From assembly GCF_004010195.1 (NCBI RefSeq), contig NC_057753.1, positions 14,452,191 through 14,516,190 of the forward strand: 64,000 nucleotides of DNA, in the 5' to 3' direction. Positions 49,456-61,540 of the stretch are shown one piece after another. A program made the position numbers and the translations under genes. This DNA is from Chiloscyllium plagiosum. Its lineage: Eukaryota. The notes beneath the pieces were generated by a model that saw nothing but the letters and a program-made list of their open reading frames with translations, searched no databases and was not told where the DNA came from. Within the stretch, counting starts at the first letter, position 1. Each line of letters begins with the position of its first letter.

Positions 49456-49652
49456 GTCGACAGTGTGGTGCTGAAAACGTACAGCAGGTCAGGCAGCATC
49501 CGAGGAGCGGGAGAATCGACGTTTCGGGCATAAGCCCTTCATCCTAAAACGTCGATTCTCCTGCTCCTCGGATGCTGCCTGACCTGCTGTTCTCTTCCAT
49601 CAGCACACTCTCGTCTCTGATCTCCAGCATCTGCAGTCCTCACTTGCTCCAA
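49456..49652. mobile_element. Palindromic Penelope-terminal-repeat mini-insertion
   Basis: Inverted PLE tails; 12-bp TSD aaagtgacaata (49444-49455, 49653-49664); empty paralogous site at ~9131-9150. Confidence 0.88.
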
Positions 49653-50133
49653 AAAGTGACAATATCACTGCACATCTGTAGCTCCTACGAATCTCAAGTG
49701 GGCAACTGGTTTCGGTGGATTATATACAGGATAATGTTCTGATTTCCAGCATCCATAGTTCTGTCCGTTTTTTTTTTTAACTCAGTTAACTGCTGTGGTG
49801 TCCCTGCATGCGTGTGTGGGCGTTGAGGATGTAAAGCTCCGTGCTGTCTCTCAGTTCATGAACTACAAATCACAGGACAGCAAATTGTTTGGTGTTGGGG
49901 AGTACAACGGGGGGGGGGGGGGGTCACACATCAGTCTGTTCTGTGTCTGTGCGCAAGCTCAGGGTTCACAGTTTGTTTTTCTCAAGCAGCTCAGGGAAAC
50001 ATTTCGGTGACAGTTTGTCGCAAGGTTAGTTTGGTTTTCTATCGGTGTTTGTTTAGACTCCTGAAAGCACGTAGTAACTTTCCAACAAACTGTGAAAACC
50101 CCAATAGATGGAACTATCTGTGGTCTAAAAGGC

Positions 50134-50172
50134 AGTTTTTGTACAGTGGAGAGTCTGTTTATCATCACTGTG
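50134..50172 (-). other. 23-RSS of V8
   Basis: CACAGTG - 23 bp - ACAAAAACT. Confidence 0.92.
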
Positions 50173-50625
50173 TCACTCAGAGCGCAGTAATACACGGCAG
50201 AGTCAGTCAGTTCTAGCCCAGTGATAGTCAAACTGGTGAATTTATTCGAGGTCTGAAGTTCTCCTGAGAAGCGACTTTTCGCGAAGTCTGCTTTATGATC
50301 AAAGCCACCATTAGATTTCAACAGTATATACTCAGGCTGTGTACCCAGCTGCTGTCGGTACCAGTATAACCAATAGTTGCTCCATGTAGTATCATAGGTA
50401 CAGCTTAGAGTCACCACCTCTCCTTCTGCCCAAACAGCTGAGGACAGTGACTGAGTGACAGAATTTCCATGGCTCGGATCTGAAAGGGAAAGCAGATATC
50501 AATTGTAAGGTGTTAGGCTCGGCTGGTTTTAAATTGCGTTTTAAATAAGAAATATATCTTCGATTTCCTCCACATTTACCTGCTAGAATGGTGCTCCACA
50601 CAACCCAAATGCTGAATAGCCGCAT
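50173..50625 (-). CDS. TRAV/DV: TCR alpha/delta V segment V8, apparently functional (leader 50580-50625, V exon 50173-50479)
   Basis: Leader MRLFSIWVVWSTILA, GTAAAT donor, open V TLSCTYDTTWSNYWLYWYRQ..DSAVYYCALSD, consensus RSS. Confidence 0.92.
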
Positions 50626-50939
50626 TGTCACTGTCTTCTGTGTAAAGATGCAGTCGGATATTTGAAGACACCCATTCTATTACCCTGCCCTCGGTAAACT
50701 GCTGACGTGTCTCTGGAGATTCCCACCTCACTGCTCTGTGGGGGTGATGGGAGGGGATATGCTATTCGTGTGGGTGGAGAAAAGCAGATTCTCTGTGAAT
50801 TGTACATCTGGATCTGCACTTAACAAGGAGCGTCGAGAATTCCATTAACTTTCATTCATGATCAGCAACTTCCCACTTTCATTGTGCCCTTTACTCTAAA
50901 GACACTGTTTTTTTTTTTGTTTTGTTTTCTTTCTACCCG

Positions 50940-53005
50940 TTGTTCCTATCCTCTATCACGAGGTCTGACACAAAGCACGTGGGAGAGACTGGAGCTGTCG
51001 TTAATTCTGGATGAGATTACCAAAGCCCTTTAGTCCTTACAAAAGAATGAAAGTCCTGGAAGCGACAGTATACTGGTCGAGTTGTATTCAGCGCTGAGTG
51101 ACCTGATTGGCCAGGACCTGCTGGAGATGTGCGAAAGGTACGAGGCAGGTGCCATTCGCGGCTCCATGAGGAAAGGCATCATCATTCTCATCTACGAACC
51201 GAAGGGGGAGTGGGACTAAGTTAGAAATTGGAAACCAATATCATTGCTGAATGCAGACTACAAAGTCCTGCCGAAAGTCATCTCCAATCTTGTCAGGTCT
51301 GCTCTGGGTTTGATGACTCACGCCAACTAAACTGTAATAGACAGACAATCTCTAAGAGCCTCGTGCTCCTCTGGATATGTGCAGGATACGTGGGTGGACG
51401 CCTGCCTCATCAGCCTGGAGCCGTTGACACGATAATGCACACGTACGGGTGAGCATCCTCTCCAAACTGAGGAGGGAATCTGTAGTTGGATCCGAATACT
51501 CTACACCAACATCATTAGAGCAGTCTCAATCAATGAGTCAGAATCTGAAAGGTTCCTGATCAGATTCGCTGTCAGGCAGGGCTGCCCAGTATCTCTTGCC
51601 TTGTTTGTGCGTTATGTAGAGCACATCGCTGAATCCATCAGGAACGATACACGCATGAAGGGGAGTGACTGGTCCAGGCAGCAGAGGCCTGCAGGTCAAA
51701 GCCATCTTGTACATGAATGACATCGCTATTTTCTGCTCAGATTCGCTGTCAATACACCGACTCATGAGGCAAGGTAAATAGAAGCAAGGGCGAGGTCATG
51801 TTCCTTGGGAACTCAGCCGACTACTACTTAATTGCATTTACCGTCAGGACAGGCTACCTGGTGGTGCTGAGAGTATGGTGCAGTGGAGTCGGGCCGTGCA
51901 CAAACTCCTGGGAGGAGGGCATCACCAAAGTAAAGTAGAAAGTGGCCTTTTGGGATCACCTCTTCCTCTCTATTGTGGGTAAAACTGATCATCAGGTGTG
52001 AGACACTCTCCCTGCTACTGTACACAGGACAGGTCTGACCTGTCCCCCAAAACTGTCCTGTTCCACTCACCAGAGACACCTTTCATCCAGAGGCCTAAGG
52101 TAGACGGAGTCTGCAGGGAATTCATATAAAAAACTCTGAATATGGGACTGAAGAACGTACCCAATGTTCCCCTCATCCTGTTGGCTACCTTTGTGTGTGG
52201 ATGCACTAAGCTTTGCATAGACCCTCAGCACTGAAACACCAAATGTCACCATATACTGAGATTCCACTGCCCCCCGTGTTACGAAGGATGAAACCGTGGA
52301 ACACTCCAAGTACTTGGTCCACTCATTTTCCCCTGTCCTGTGTACAGAAATTTACAAAGGAAAACACGTTTCATCTCAAGTCCATCAGAAAGTGGTCAGC
52401 ATGGACCGTCCTCGAGACGCTGATGGAAAAGGAGAGAATGGATCATGTTGTGTTTTTTTTTCCCTGAGCAGACTGTCAAAACTATTTGACCGACTGCCTC
52501 ATCACCAGAACTTTCCAAAAACCGCTAAGACATCGCTTGACTCGTGCCGAGAAGGGCAGGACCTGTGGTATTCTTCATTCATACCTGGTCAGCCTGCACC
52601 AACGCATGCTGAATTGGTCGCAGAGGGGTTGAATCTGTCATACATCTCCCTCTGGAATGTGCCTTTGCATGAGAAGGCCGCTGGAAGATGCAGTACTTTA
52701 TGCCGAATTACTTCCTGAGCAGCTCCATACCACAGGGCTATGTGCTCTACATTGTGTTTCCTGGGGTGTGCACCAAGGCAGACATCATTGGCGCCTGGTG
52801 CAGCTTCAACTCAGTGAATGACGCTCTTTGGTCTGCCCGAATTTTGTTGGTCTTCCAGAACAAGGATTTGACCCTGACCGAGTGTCGCAGACTGGCACAT
52901 CACAACGAGCAGGTCTACGTGCCGAGGGATGTACTAAAGCCTGGGGCAACTGCTGCCCAGAAGCAGTGGGGAAAGACCACGCTGTGAGGTCTTCCTGCTG
53001 AAGAA
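50940..53005 (+). mobile_element. Tx1/L1-clade LINE, degenerate ORF2 (paralog of 13245-15600)
   Basis: Same insertion point upstream of V8 as upstream of V3; ends QKQWGKTTL*. Confidence 0.85.
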
Positions 53006-53147
53006 AAATGGGATCCTGTTCAGTTATCTGATCCTCCTAGTAAGTAAGAGAGATATTTGGTTTTGTGGATAGCCAAACTCCGATGTTTTGTGTATTTATT
53101 GATATGCTACCTGCACAGACGCAAACTGCTTTCGTTTCAATGTAAGT

Positions 53148-53928
53148 AGAGAGAAAGCGAGGACTGCAGATGCTGCAGAGTCAGAATCGAAAATTGTGGC
53201 GCTGGAAGGGCACAGTAGGTCAGGCACCATCCGGGTCTTTTCACCTCCACAGACATTTACCTGCGCATCTATCCACCTCATCTACAGTGTCTGTTGCTCT
53301 CGATGCGATCTCCTCCATATCGGAGCGACCGGACACCAACTCTCTGAACATTTCAGGGAATATCTCTGGGACACACGCACCCTACATACCTACAGCCCTG
53401 TGGCCGAACACTTCAACTACTTCTCCCACTCCACCAAGGAGATACAAGCCCTGGGCCTCCTCACTGCCAAATCCCACAAAGATTTTCATTGTGCCTCAGT
53501 ACACGTGACAATAAATTCAATTCAATTCAATCCACCCGATGACTGGAGAAAGAATATCTTATCCTCCGCCTTAGGAACCCTCAAACACACGACATCAACT
53601 TCGACTTCACTAGTTCCTAAATTTCCCCTCCTCCCATCTCACCCCAGTTCTAAACTTCCAACTCAGCACCCCCCTCTTGACCTGTGCCACCTGTCCATCT
53701 TCCTTCCCACCTACCCAGGCCAGCGACTATTACAATCAACCATAATTTGCATCCACCTACCACTTTCCCTGCTACCTCCCGTCAACCCACTCACCCTCCT
53801 ATTAGCTCTCAGCCCCCTTTCTCTTCGCTACAAACATGATAAATGGCATATGCCCAAAACGTCGATTCTCCTGCTCCTATAATGTTACCTGACCTGCTGT
53901 ACTTTTCCAGCACCACGCGATCTGACCC
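53148..53928 (+). mobile_element. Penelope-like element 3' fragment with inverted terminal piece
   Basis: FTCASIHLIYSVCCSRCDLLHIGATGHQLSEHFREYL..VAEHFN; inverted tail at 53148-53230. Confidence 0.8.
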
Positions 53929-55574
53929 TGTCAATGCATACCTAAAAAGAGATTTATTTTCCTTGTGAACAAAATAGATAATTGAAATCAGAAAAGAAAC
54001 ACTGTTCTCTCTTTTTTTTCTGTTGTTCTGCTGTTTTTCTCTCTACCCTTGAGATTTACAACCCACATGTGTGACTTTTGAGCCCAAAATCTGTCCCGTC
54101 TCAAATTGCAATCAGCTTCCATAGCACAGGACTCAACCTCAACCTTATCCAGCAAAAGCTCTGTTATCAATTTTACCAAATACCTCTTTATTCTGCAACT
54201 TCTCTGTCCTTCCGGTTCAAAATTATCTCTCTCACCCTCTGTTAGTTACTCACAGAATTATTCATTCATCTAAACACCATCTTTCTTCATTGCCTCAGAG
54301 ACCAGGATACACTGTATATATGAATAATCTTACAGTCGCTACCTTCTATTGAAACACACTCAGTGCTTGCATGTGTGTGTTTGTTGTGTGTGTGTGTGAG
54401 CACGTGTGCGTCTTTTTTACACAATAGAAGAGTTTACAAGGCTTTCACTGAATTTTAAAGAGTCAAATCCTCTCTGGTTGCACTTCAATCCGTGTTTAAA
54501 GTAATACAACGTCACCCTTTGCTAGAGCATGATGGTACTACACTGTCCATAACGAAAATCGTTAAGAGCATAAACTCAGTGGGAGAACATCAGCACACCG
54601 TAGCAACCAATCTGACAGCAGCATCAGCACGTATATACAAGGTAAGTGTGGGGATTTGTGATGGCCAGTGTAAATATCACAGAGGGGTCAGTGGGGGATT
54701 TTAAAAAGTGGATAAGTTTACGAGAGCAAACGTGGACACCACATGGATTACAGATTCAACAAATCAAATCCTCTCGGGATTTTCTATGTTTCGCTTCGAT
54801 CACATCAGACTTGCAATTTCCACAGAGTACAGTCTCAGACCATCTCGCCTCTCCAGGTCTATCTCACACGTGAACAGATTTATCACCCAGACTCTGCGAA
54901 AGATATTCCCTCTGAAAGAAGAATTCCATCCTCATTTCTAACTTCAAGGTGTGATGCATTATTCTGAGAATCTGAATCTAGATTCTGCAAATGGAAAAAT
55001 GACTTTTCTGCGTCTGTTCTGTCAAGATTTCATGACAAACATCGACACTTGAAGGTGTGCCTCTTAACTTAGGTAGGGAGCTACCAAAAAGTCACAGTTG
55101 TCTCCATGCAGCTCGCTTTATACACTTACGAATTATTCTGATGCGGATAAGCTCAAAGAATGTTTGCTCACGGAGATACCTCTCCTGACCTCCAGCCTTG
55201 GAAGAACAGAAATTGGTTTTTCATTGTGTTGATGCATCCTGATGGGAATGTTAAGGAACTTGAGACTTTAAGATTGGAGATGAATGGCTGGTTTGTTAAT
55301 TGTCAAGTACGTAGCAAGAAAATGCGTTTCACGGCATTAGTGGGACAGCTGAACTTTAACATGAAATTCTGGCATGAATATCCTCTGTGTCAGTGCACAT
55401 GCTCAGAATCTGCTGTAGATTTTCTCAGCAGCTCAGGGAAACAGTTGCATGACAGTTTGAAGCGAGGTTAGTTTGGTTTCCTCTCGGTCTGAGATGGAAC
55501 TCCTGAAAGCACATCATAACTGACTGAGGCTCTGTAAAAGCACCAATAAATGAATGAATCTATGGTCCAGAAGC

Positions 55575-55613
55575 GGTTCTTGTACAGAGGGGAGGTTTTT
55601 TATCATCACTGTG
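55575..55613 (-). other. 23-RSS of V9
   Basis: CACAGTG - 23 bp - ACAAGAACC. Confidence 0.9.
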
Positions 55614-56068
55614 AGGTCCTGAAAGCGCAGTAATAAACGGCAGTGTCAGTCAGCTGTAGCCCAGAAATAGTCAAACTGGTGAATTTCCTCTCAGACTGAA
55701 GATCTACAGAGAAGCGACTTTTAGTAAAATCAGCTTCGTCTCCATACCCAGCATTACTTTTCCAGAGTATGTGCTCGGGCTGTGTGTCTGGGTGCTGTCG
55801 GTGCCAGGATAATATGTAGTAGCTAGATGCAGTATCATAGGTACAGTTTAGAATAACCGCCTCTCCTTCTGTCCGAACATCCGAGAAGAGTGACTGAGTG
55901 ACAGAATCTCCTTGACACAGGTCTGAAAAGGAAAAGAAGCATCAATTCTAAAGTATCGGGCTGCCCTCGGTTTAAACTGTGATTTGAAAAAGTAATAGAA
56001 ATTGGATTTCCTCCACATCTACCTGCTAGAATTGGACCCCACACAATCCAGATGCTGAATAACTTCAT
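55614..56068 (-). CDS. TRAV/DV: TCR alpha/delta V segment V9, apparently functional (leader 56023-56068, V exon 55614-55922); V exon not in ORF track
   Basis: Hand translation: MKLFSIWIVWGPILA|DLCQGDSVTQSLFSDVRTEGEAVILNCTYDTASSYYILSWHRQHPDTQPEHILWKSNAGYGDEADFTKSRFSVDLQSERKFTSLTISGLQLTDTAVYYCAFRT, no stops; donor GTAGAT. Confidence 0.88.
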
Positions 56069-56655
56069 TATCACTGTCCTCTGTGTAACAAGACACTCAA
56101 ACATTTGAAGACAGCCATTCAAATACATGGCTTCCCGTAAACTGCTGAAGTGTCTTTGGAGCTACCCACCGCACGGCCTTCTGGGTGCAATGATGCTGTG
56201 CACGGAGGAGGAACAGAGCAGACTCTCAGTGTATTAATACATACCGATCTGGGTTGCAGTCGCTGCACTTAAAGTGAAGGACTGAAAATTCTGATCGACT
56301 GGCCTACATTCATCATAAGCAATTCCTCAGATTCATTGTACCATTTACTTTCAAGGCTCTGCTCCTTTTCTGCCAAAATTCCTCAACTGATGCCATATTT
56401 GTAAATAAGCAGTTTAGGATTACCCCAAATTTATCCACACCGCCCACACCGATAATTCCACATCACACATTCTCCTTACAGCCCGACAACGGTCCCCTCT
56501 CAAATTACAATCCTACCTTCCACATCACTGGACTCAATCTCAAACATATCCAGCGTTATCTCTGATATGACTTTTACACGATTTTCCTATTTAGTTGTTT
56601 TTTTTTCTGTCCCCAGGCTCAAGGCTCTCTCTTTCTCTATCTCTCTCCCTCTGTC

Positions 56656-56656
<1 letters not shown>

Positions 56657-56714
<58 letters not shown>

Positions 56715-56715
56715 C
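56657..56715. repeat. (TCTA)n microsatellite
   Basis: Seen directly. Confidence 0.95.
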
Positions 56716-56894
56716 CTTCTTCTCCCTCCCTCTCTCTGTCATCTATCTTTCGTCCACCGCTCTCTTTCTCTGTCTCCTCTGTCTTTCTTCGCCACCATTC
56801 CCCCCCCCCCCCCTCCACCAGCTCTTCCCCCCAACTCCCCGCCTCTCTGCTCTGTCAGTTCCTCTCAGAATTCTTCACTGAGCTCCATCTTATG

Positions 56895-58418
56895 TTACTG
56901 GGGATAAATCCCCAGGACCTGATCAAGTGTGCCAGAGAACTCTGTGGGAAGCTAGAGAAGTGATTGCAGGGCCTCTTGCTGAGATATTTGTATCATCGAT
57001 AGTCACAGGTGAGTTGCTGGAAGACTGGAGGTTGGCAAACGTGGTGCCACTGTTTATGAAGGGTGGTAAAGACAAGCCAGGGAACTATAGACCTTTGAGC
57101 CTGACCTCGGTGGTGGGCAAGTTGTTGGAGGGAATCCTGAGGGACAGGATGTACATGTATTTGGAAAGGCAAGGATTGATTCGTGATAGTCAACATGGCT
57201 TTGCGCGTGGGAAATCATGTCTCACAAACTTCATTGAGCTTTTTGAAGAAGTAATAAAGAAGATTGATGAGGGCAGAGCAGTAGATGTGATCTATATGGA
57301 CTTCAGTAAGGCATTCGAAAAGGTTCCCCATGGGAGACCGGTTAGCAAGGTTAGATCTCATGGAAAAAAAAGGAGAACTAGCCATTTGGATACAGAACTG
57401 GCTCAAAGGTAGAAGACAGAGGGTGTTGGTGGAGGGTTGTTTTTCAGACTGGAGGCCTGTGACCAGTGTAGTGCCACAAAGATCAGTGCTGGGTCCTCTA
57501 CTTTTTGCCATTTACATAAATGATTTGAATGCGAGCATAAGAGGTAAGTTTGCAGATGACACCAAAATTGGAGGTGTAGTGGACAGCGAAGAGGGTTACC
57601 TCAGATTACAACAGGATCTGGACCAGGTGGGCCAATGGGCTGAGAAGTGGCAGATGGGAGTTTATTTCAGATAAATGCGAGGTGCTGCATTTTGGGAAAG
57701 CAAATCTTAGCAGGACTTATACACTTAATGGTAAGGTCCGAGGGAGACATTAGAGTGCAGGTTCATAGTTCTTTGAAGGTGGAGTCGCAGGTGGATAGGA
57801 TAGTGACGAAGGCGTTTGGTATGCTTTCCTTTATTGGTCAGAGTATTGAGTACAGGAGTTGCGAGGTCATGTTGCGGCTACGCAGGACATTGGTTAGGCC
57901 ACTGTTGGAATTCTAGTCTCCTTTCTATCGGAAAGGTGCTGTGAAACTTGAAAGGGTTCAGAAAATGTTTACAAGGATGTTGCCAGGGTTGGAGCATTTG
58001 AGCTATAGGGAGAGGCTGAACAGGCTGGGGCTGTTTTCCCTAGAACGTCGGAGGCTGATGGGTGACCCTATAGATGTTTACAAAATTATGAGGCCATGGA
58101 TAGGATAAATAGACAATGTATTTTCCCTGGGATCGGGGAGCATAGGTTTAGGGTGAGAGGGGAAAGATATAAAAGAGACCTAAGGGACAAGGTTTTCATG
58201 CAGAGGGTGGTACGAGTATGGAATGAGCTGCCAGAGAATGTGGTGGAGGCTGGTACAATTGCAACATTTAAGAGGCATTTGGATGAGTATATGAATAGGA
58301 AGGGTTTGGAGGGATATGGGCCGGGTGCTGGCAGGTGGGACTAGATTGGATTGGGATATCTGGGTCAGCGTGGACGGGTTGGAAGGATCTGTTTCCGTGC
58401 TGTACATCTCTATGACTT
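56895..58418 (+). mobile_element. CR1 LINE, 5'-truncated (RT and 3' UTR)
   Basis: GNYRPLSLTSVVGKLLE, SQHGF, YMDFSKAF, VPQRSVLGP, KFADDTK; typical CR1 C-terminus. Confidence 0.92.
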
Positions 58419-58854
58419 CTTCTTCCTTGTTGGCGTTTTTCTTTTGACTCACTGAACACAGAGGCCTCACAGAATAGGATCTGCTGTATATCCGAATAAC
58501 GTTACAGTGGCAATCCTTAAGCAACCTCAGCAACTGTGTTCATGTCTGTGTGTGCTTTTCTCTGTGCAATGGGTGATATTTTTCCACGTTTTGAATTTTA
58601 ATCATTTCACTCCTCTGCAGTTGCACTCGATTTGACGTTTTAAGTAATAAAACGTCAATCTCTGCTGTTGGCCAGAAGCTACTACAGCTGTGAATTGTGA
58701 AAATCGCCAGGGAATCAGTCAGACAGAGAGCAGCAGCAGACAGCAGCCTGCAATCTGACGGGTGCAACAACACTCATTGAGTGGAAGGTGTTTCTTGATT
58801 CATTGGATGAGTGGCATCGCTGTGAAGGCAGCATTTATTGCCTGTAACTGCCCA

Positions 58855-61540
58855 AAGAACAGTACAGCACAGAACAGGCCCTTCAGCCTGTTGTGCCCAC
58901 CACTGATCCCCATGTATGCACCCTCAAATTTCTGACACCATATGCATGTCCAGCAGGCTCTTAAATGTCCCCAGTGATCTTGCTTCCACAGCTGCTGCTG
59001 GCAACGCATTCCATGCTCTCACAACTCTCTGTGTGAAGAACCCGCCTCTGACATCTCCTCTATACTTTCCTCCAACCAGCTTAAAACTATGACCCCTCGT
59101 GTTAGCCATTTCTGCCCTGGGATATAATCTCTGGCTATCGACTCTATCTATGCCTCTCATTATCTTGTATACCTCAATTAGGTCCCCTCTCCTCCTCCTT
59201 TTCTCCAATGAAAAAAGTCCGCGTTCAGTCAACCTGTCTTCATAAGGTAAGCCCTCCAGTCCAGGCAGCATCCTAGTAAACCTCCTCTGATCCCTCTCCA
59301 AAGCATCCACATCTTTCCTATAATAGGGCGGCCAGAACTGGACGCAGTTTTCAAAGTTTTATAGAGTTGAAACAAGATCTCACGACTCTTAAACTCAATC
59401 CCCCTGTTAATGAAAGCCAAAACACCATACGCTTTCTTAACAACCCTGTCCACTTGGATGGCCATTTAAGGGATCTATGTACCTGCACACCAAGATCCCT
59501 CTGTTCCTCCACACTGCCAAGAATCCTATCCTTAATCCTGTACTCAGCCTTCAAATTCGACCTTCCAAAATGCATCACCTCGCATTTATCCAGGTTGAAC
59601 TCCATCTGCGACCTCTCAGCCCATCTCGGCATCCTGTCAATGTTCCGCTGCAGCCTACAACAGCCCTCTATACTGTCAACGACACCTCCAACCTTTGTGT
59701 CGTCTGCAAACTTGCGGACCCATCCTTCAATCCCTTCATCCAAGTCATTAATAAAAATTACAAACAGTAGAGGCCCAAGGACAGAGCCCTGTGGCACACC
59801 ACTCACCACAGACTTCCAGGCAGAATATATTCCTTCTACTACCACTCACTGCCTTCTGTTGGCCAGCCAATTCTCTATCCAGACAGCTAAATTCCCCTGT
59901 ATCCCATTCCTCCTGATCTTCTGGATGAGTCTACCATGGGGAACCTTATCAAATGCCTTGCTGAAGCCCATATACACTACATCCACAGCTCAACCCTCAT
60001 CAACTTTTCTAGTCACATCCTTAAAGAACACGATAAGGTTTGTGAGGCATGACCTGCCCCTCACAAAGCCGTGTTGACTGCATTTAATCAAGCCATGGTC
60101 TTCTAGATGGTCATCACTCCTATCCCTCAGAATCCTTTCTAACACCTTGCAGACCACAGACGTGAGACTTACTGGTCTGTAATTGCCGGGGATTCCCCAA
60201 TTTCTTTTCTTGAAGAGAGGAATTACATTTGCCTCTCTGCAGTCCTCAGGTACGACTCCAGTGGAGACCGAGCAAGCAAAGATCCTCACAAGTGGCGAAG
60301 CAATTGCATTTCTCGTTTCCCAAAGCAGCCGTGGACAAATCTGGTCTGGGCCTGGCGACTTGTCAATCTTAATGTTTGACAAAATTTTCAGCACATCAGC
60401 TTCCTCTATCTCTTATCCATTCCAGCATGCACACCTGCTCTTCAAAGGTTTCATTCACTACAAAGTTCTTTTCATTCGTAAAGACAGAAGCAAAAAACTC
60501 ATTTAGGGCTTCCCCTACCTCCTCAGACTCCACACACAAGTTCCCTATGTTATCCCTGATTGGTCCTACTCTTTCTTTGACCATTCTCTTATTCCTCACA
60601 TAAGTGCAAAATGCCTTTGTGTTCTCCCTAATCCGTTCTGCCAAGCCTTTCTCGTGCCCCCTCCTCGCTCTCCTCAGATCATTTTTGAGCTCCTTCCTCA
60701 CCTGACTGTAATCCTCTAGAGCTGAGCTTGACCCTTGCTTCCTCCATCTTATGTAAGCTAGCTTCTTCATTTTGACGAGAAGCTCCACCGCTCTCATCAT
60801 CCAAGGTTCCTTTATCTTACCCCTTCCTGCTTGTCTCAGAGGGACATATTTATTCATCACTCACAACAACTGTTCCTTTAACAGTCTCCACGTGTCTATA
60901 GTGCCTTTACCATGGAACAATTGCTCCCAGTCCATACTTCCTAACTCATGTCTAATCGCATCATGGTTTCCCCTTCCCCAATTAAATATCGTCCCATTTT
61001 GCCTAATCCTCTCCTTCTCCATAGCTATGTAGAATGTAGGGCAGTTGTGGTCACTATCTCCAAAATGCTCTCCCACCACAAGATCTGAGCACCAAGTCGA
61101 GAATGACCTCTCCTTCGTCGGCCTGTCAACGTATTGAGTTAGGAAACTCTCCTGAACACACCTTGCATAAACAGCTCCATTCAAATCTTCTGCTCGAAGG
61201 AGCTTCCAATCAATATTGGGAAAGTTAAAGTCACCCATTACAACAACCCTACTACGTCCACACCTCTCCAAAATCTGCTGACCTATGCTTTCTTCAATCT
61301 CGCTGCTGCTATTGGGGGGCCTGTAGTAAACCCCTAACGAGGTGACTGCTCCCTTGCTGTTCCTAATTTTCACCCATACTGACTCAGTAGGGAGATCTTC
61401 CTCGACAATGGAAGCTTCTGTAGTTGTGATACCCTCTCTGATTAGTAGTGCCACAGTCCCTCCTCTTTTCCCCTCTCCCTATTCTTTTTAAATGCTCTAA
61501 ACCCTGGAACATCCAGCAACCATTCCTGCCCCTGAGAACC
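58855..61540 (-). mobile_element. CR1 LINE (endonuclease + RT), frameshifted
   Basis: GVYYRPP, MGDFNFPNIDW, GDSDHN, KSPGPD, NYRPVSLTS, GVPQGSVLGP, KFADDTK. Confidence 0.92.

Larger units (their letters stand above)
41800..54100 (+). repeat. Segmental duplication, paralogous to about 1085-16550
   Basis: Colinear matches: 1570/42630, V1/V7, 7250/47860, 9200/49735, V3/V8, LINE 13245/50940, 16340/53930. Confidence 0.88.

Noticed and set aside
59367-60077. 236-aa plus-strand ORF, and similar ORFs antisense to LINEs
   Set aside because: Antisense shadow of the CR1 reverse transcriptase frame.
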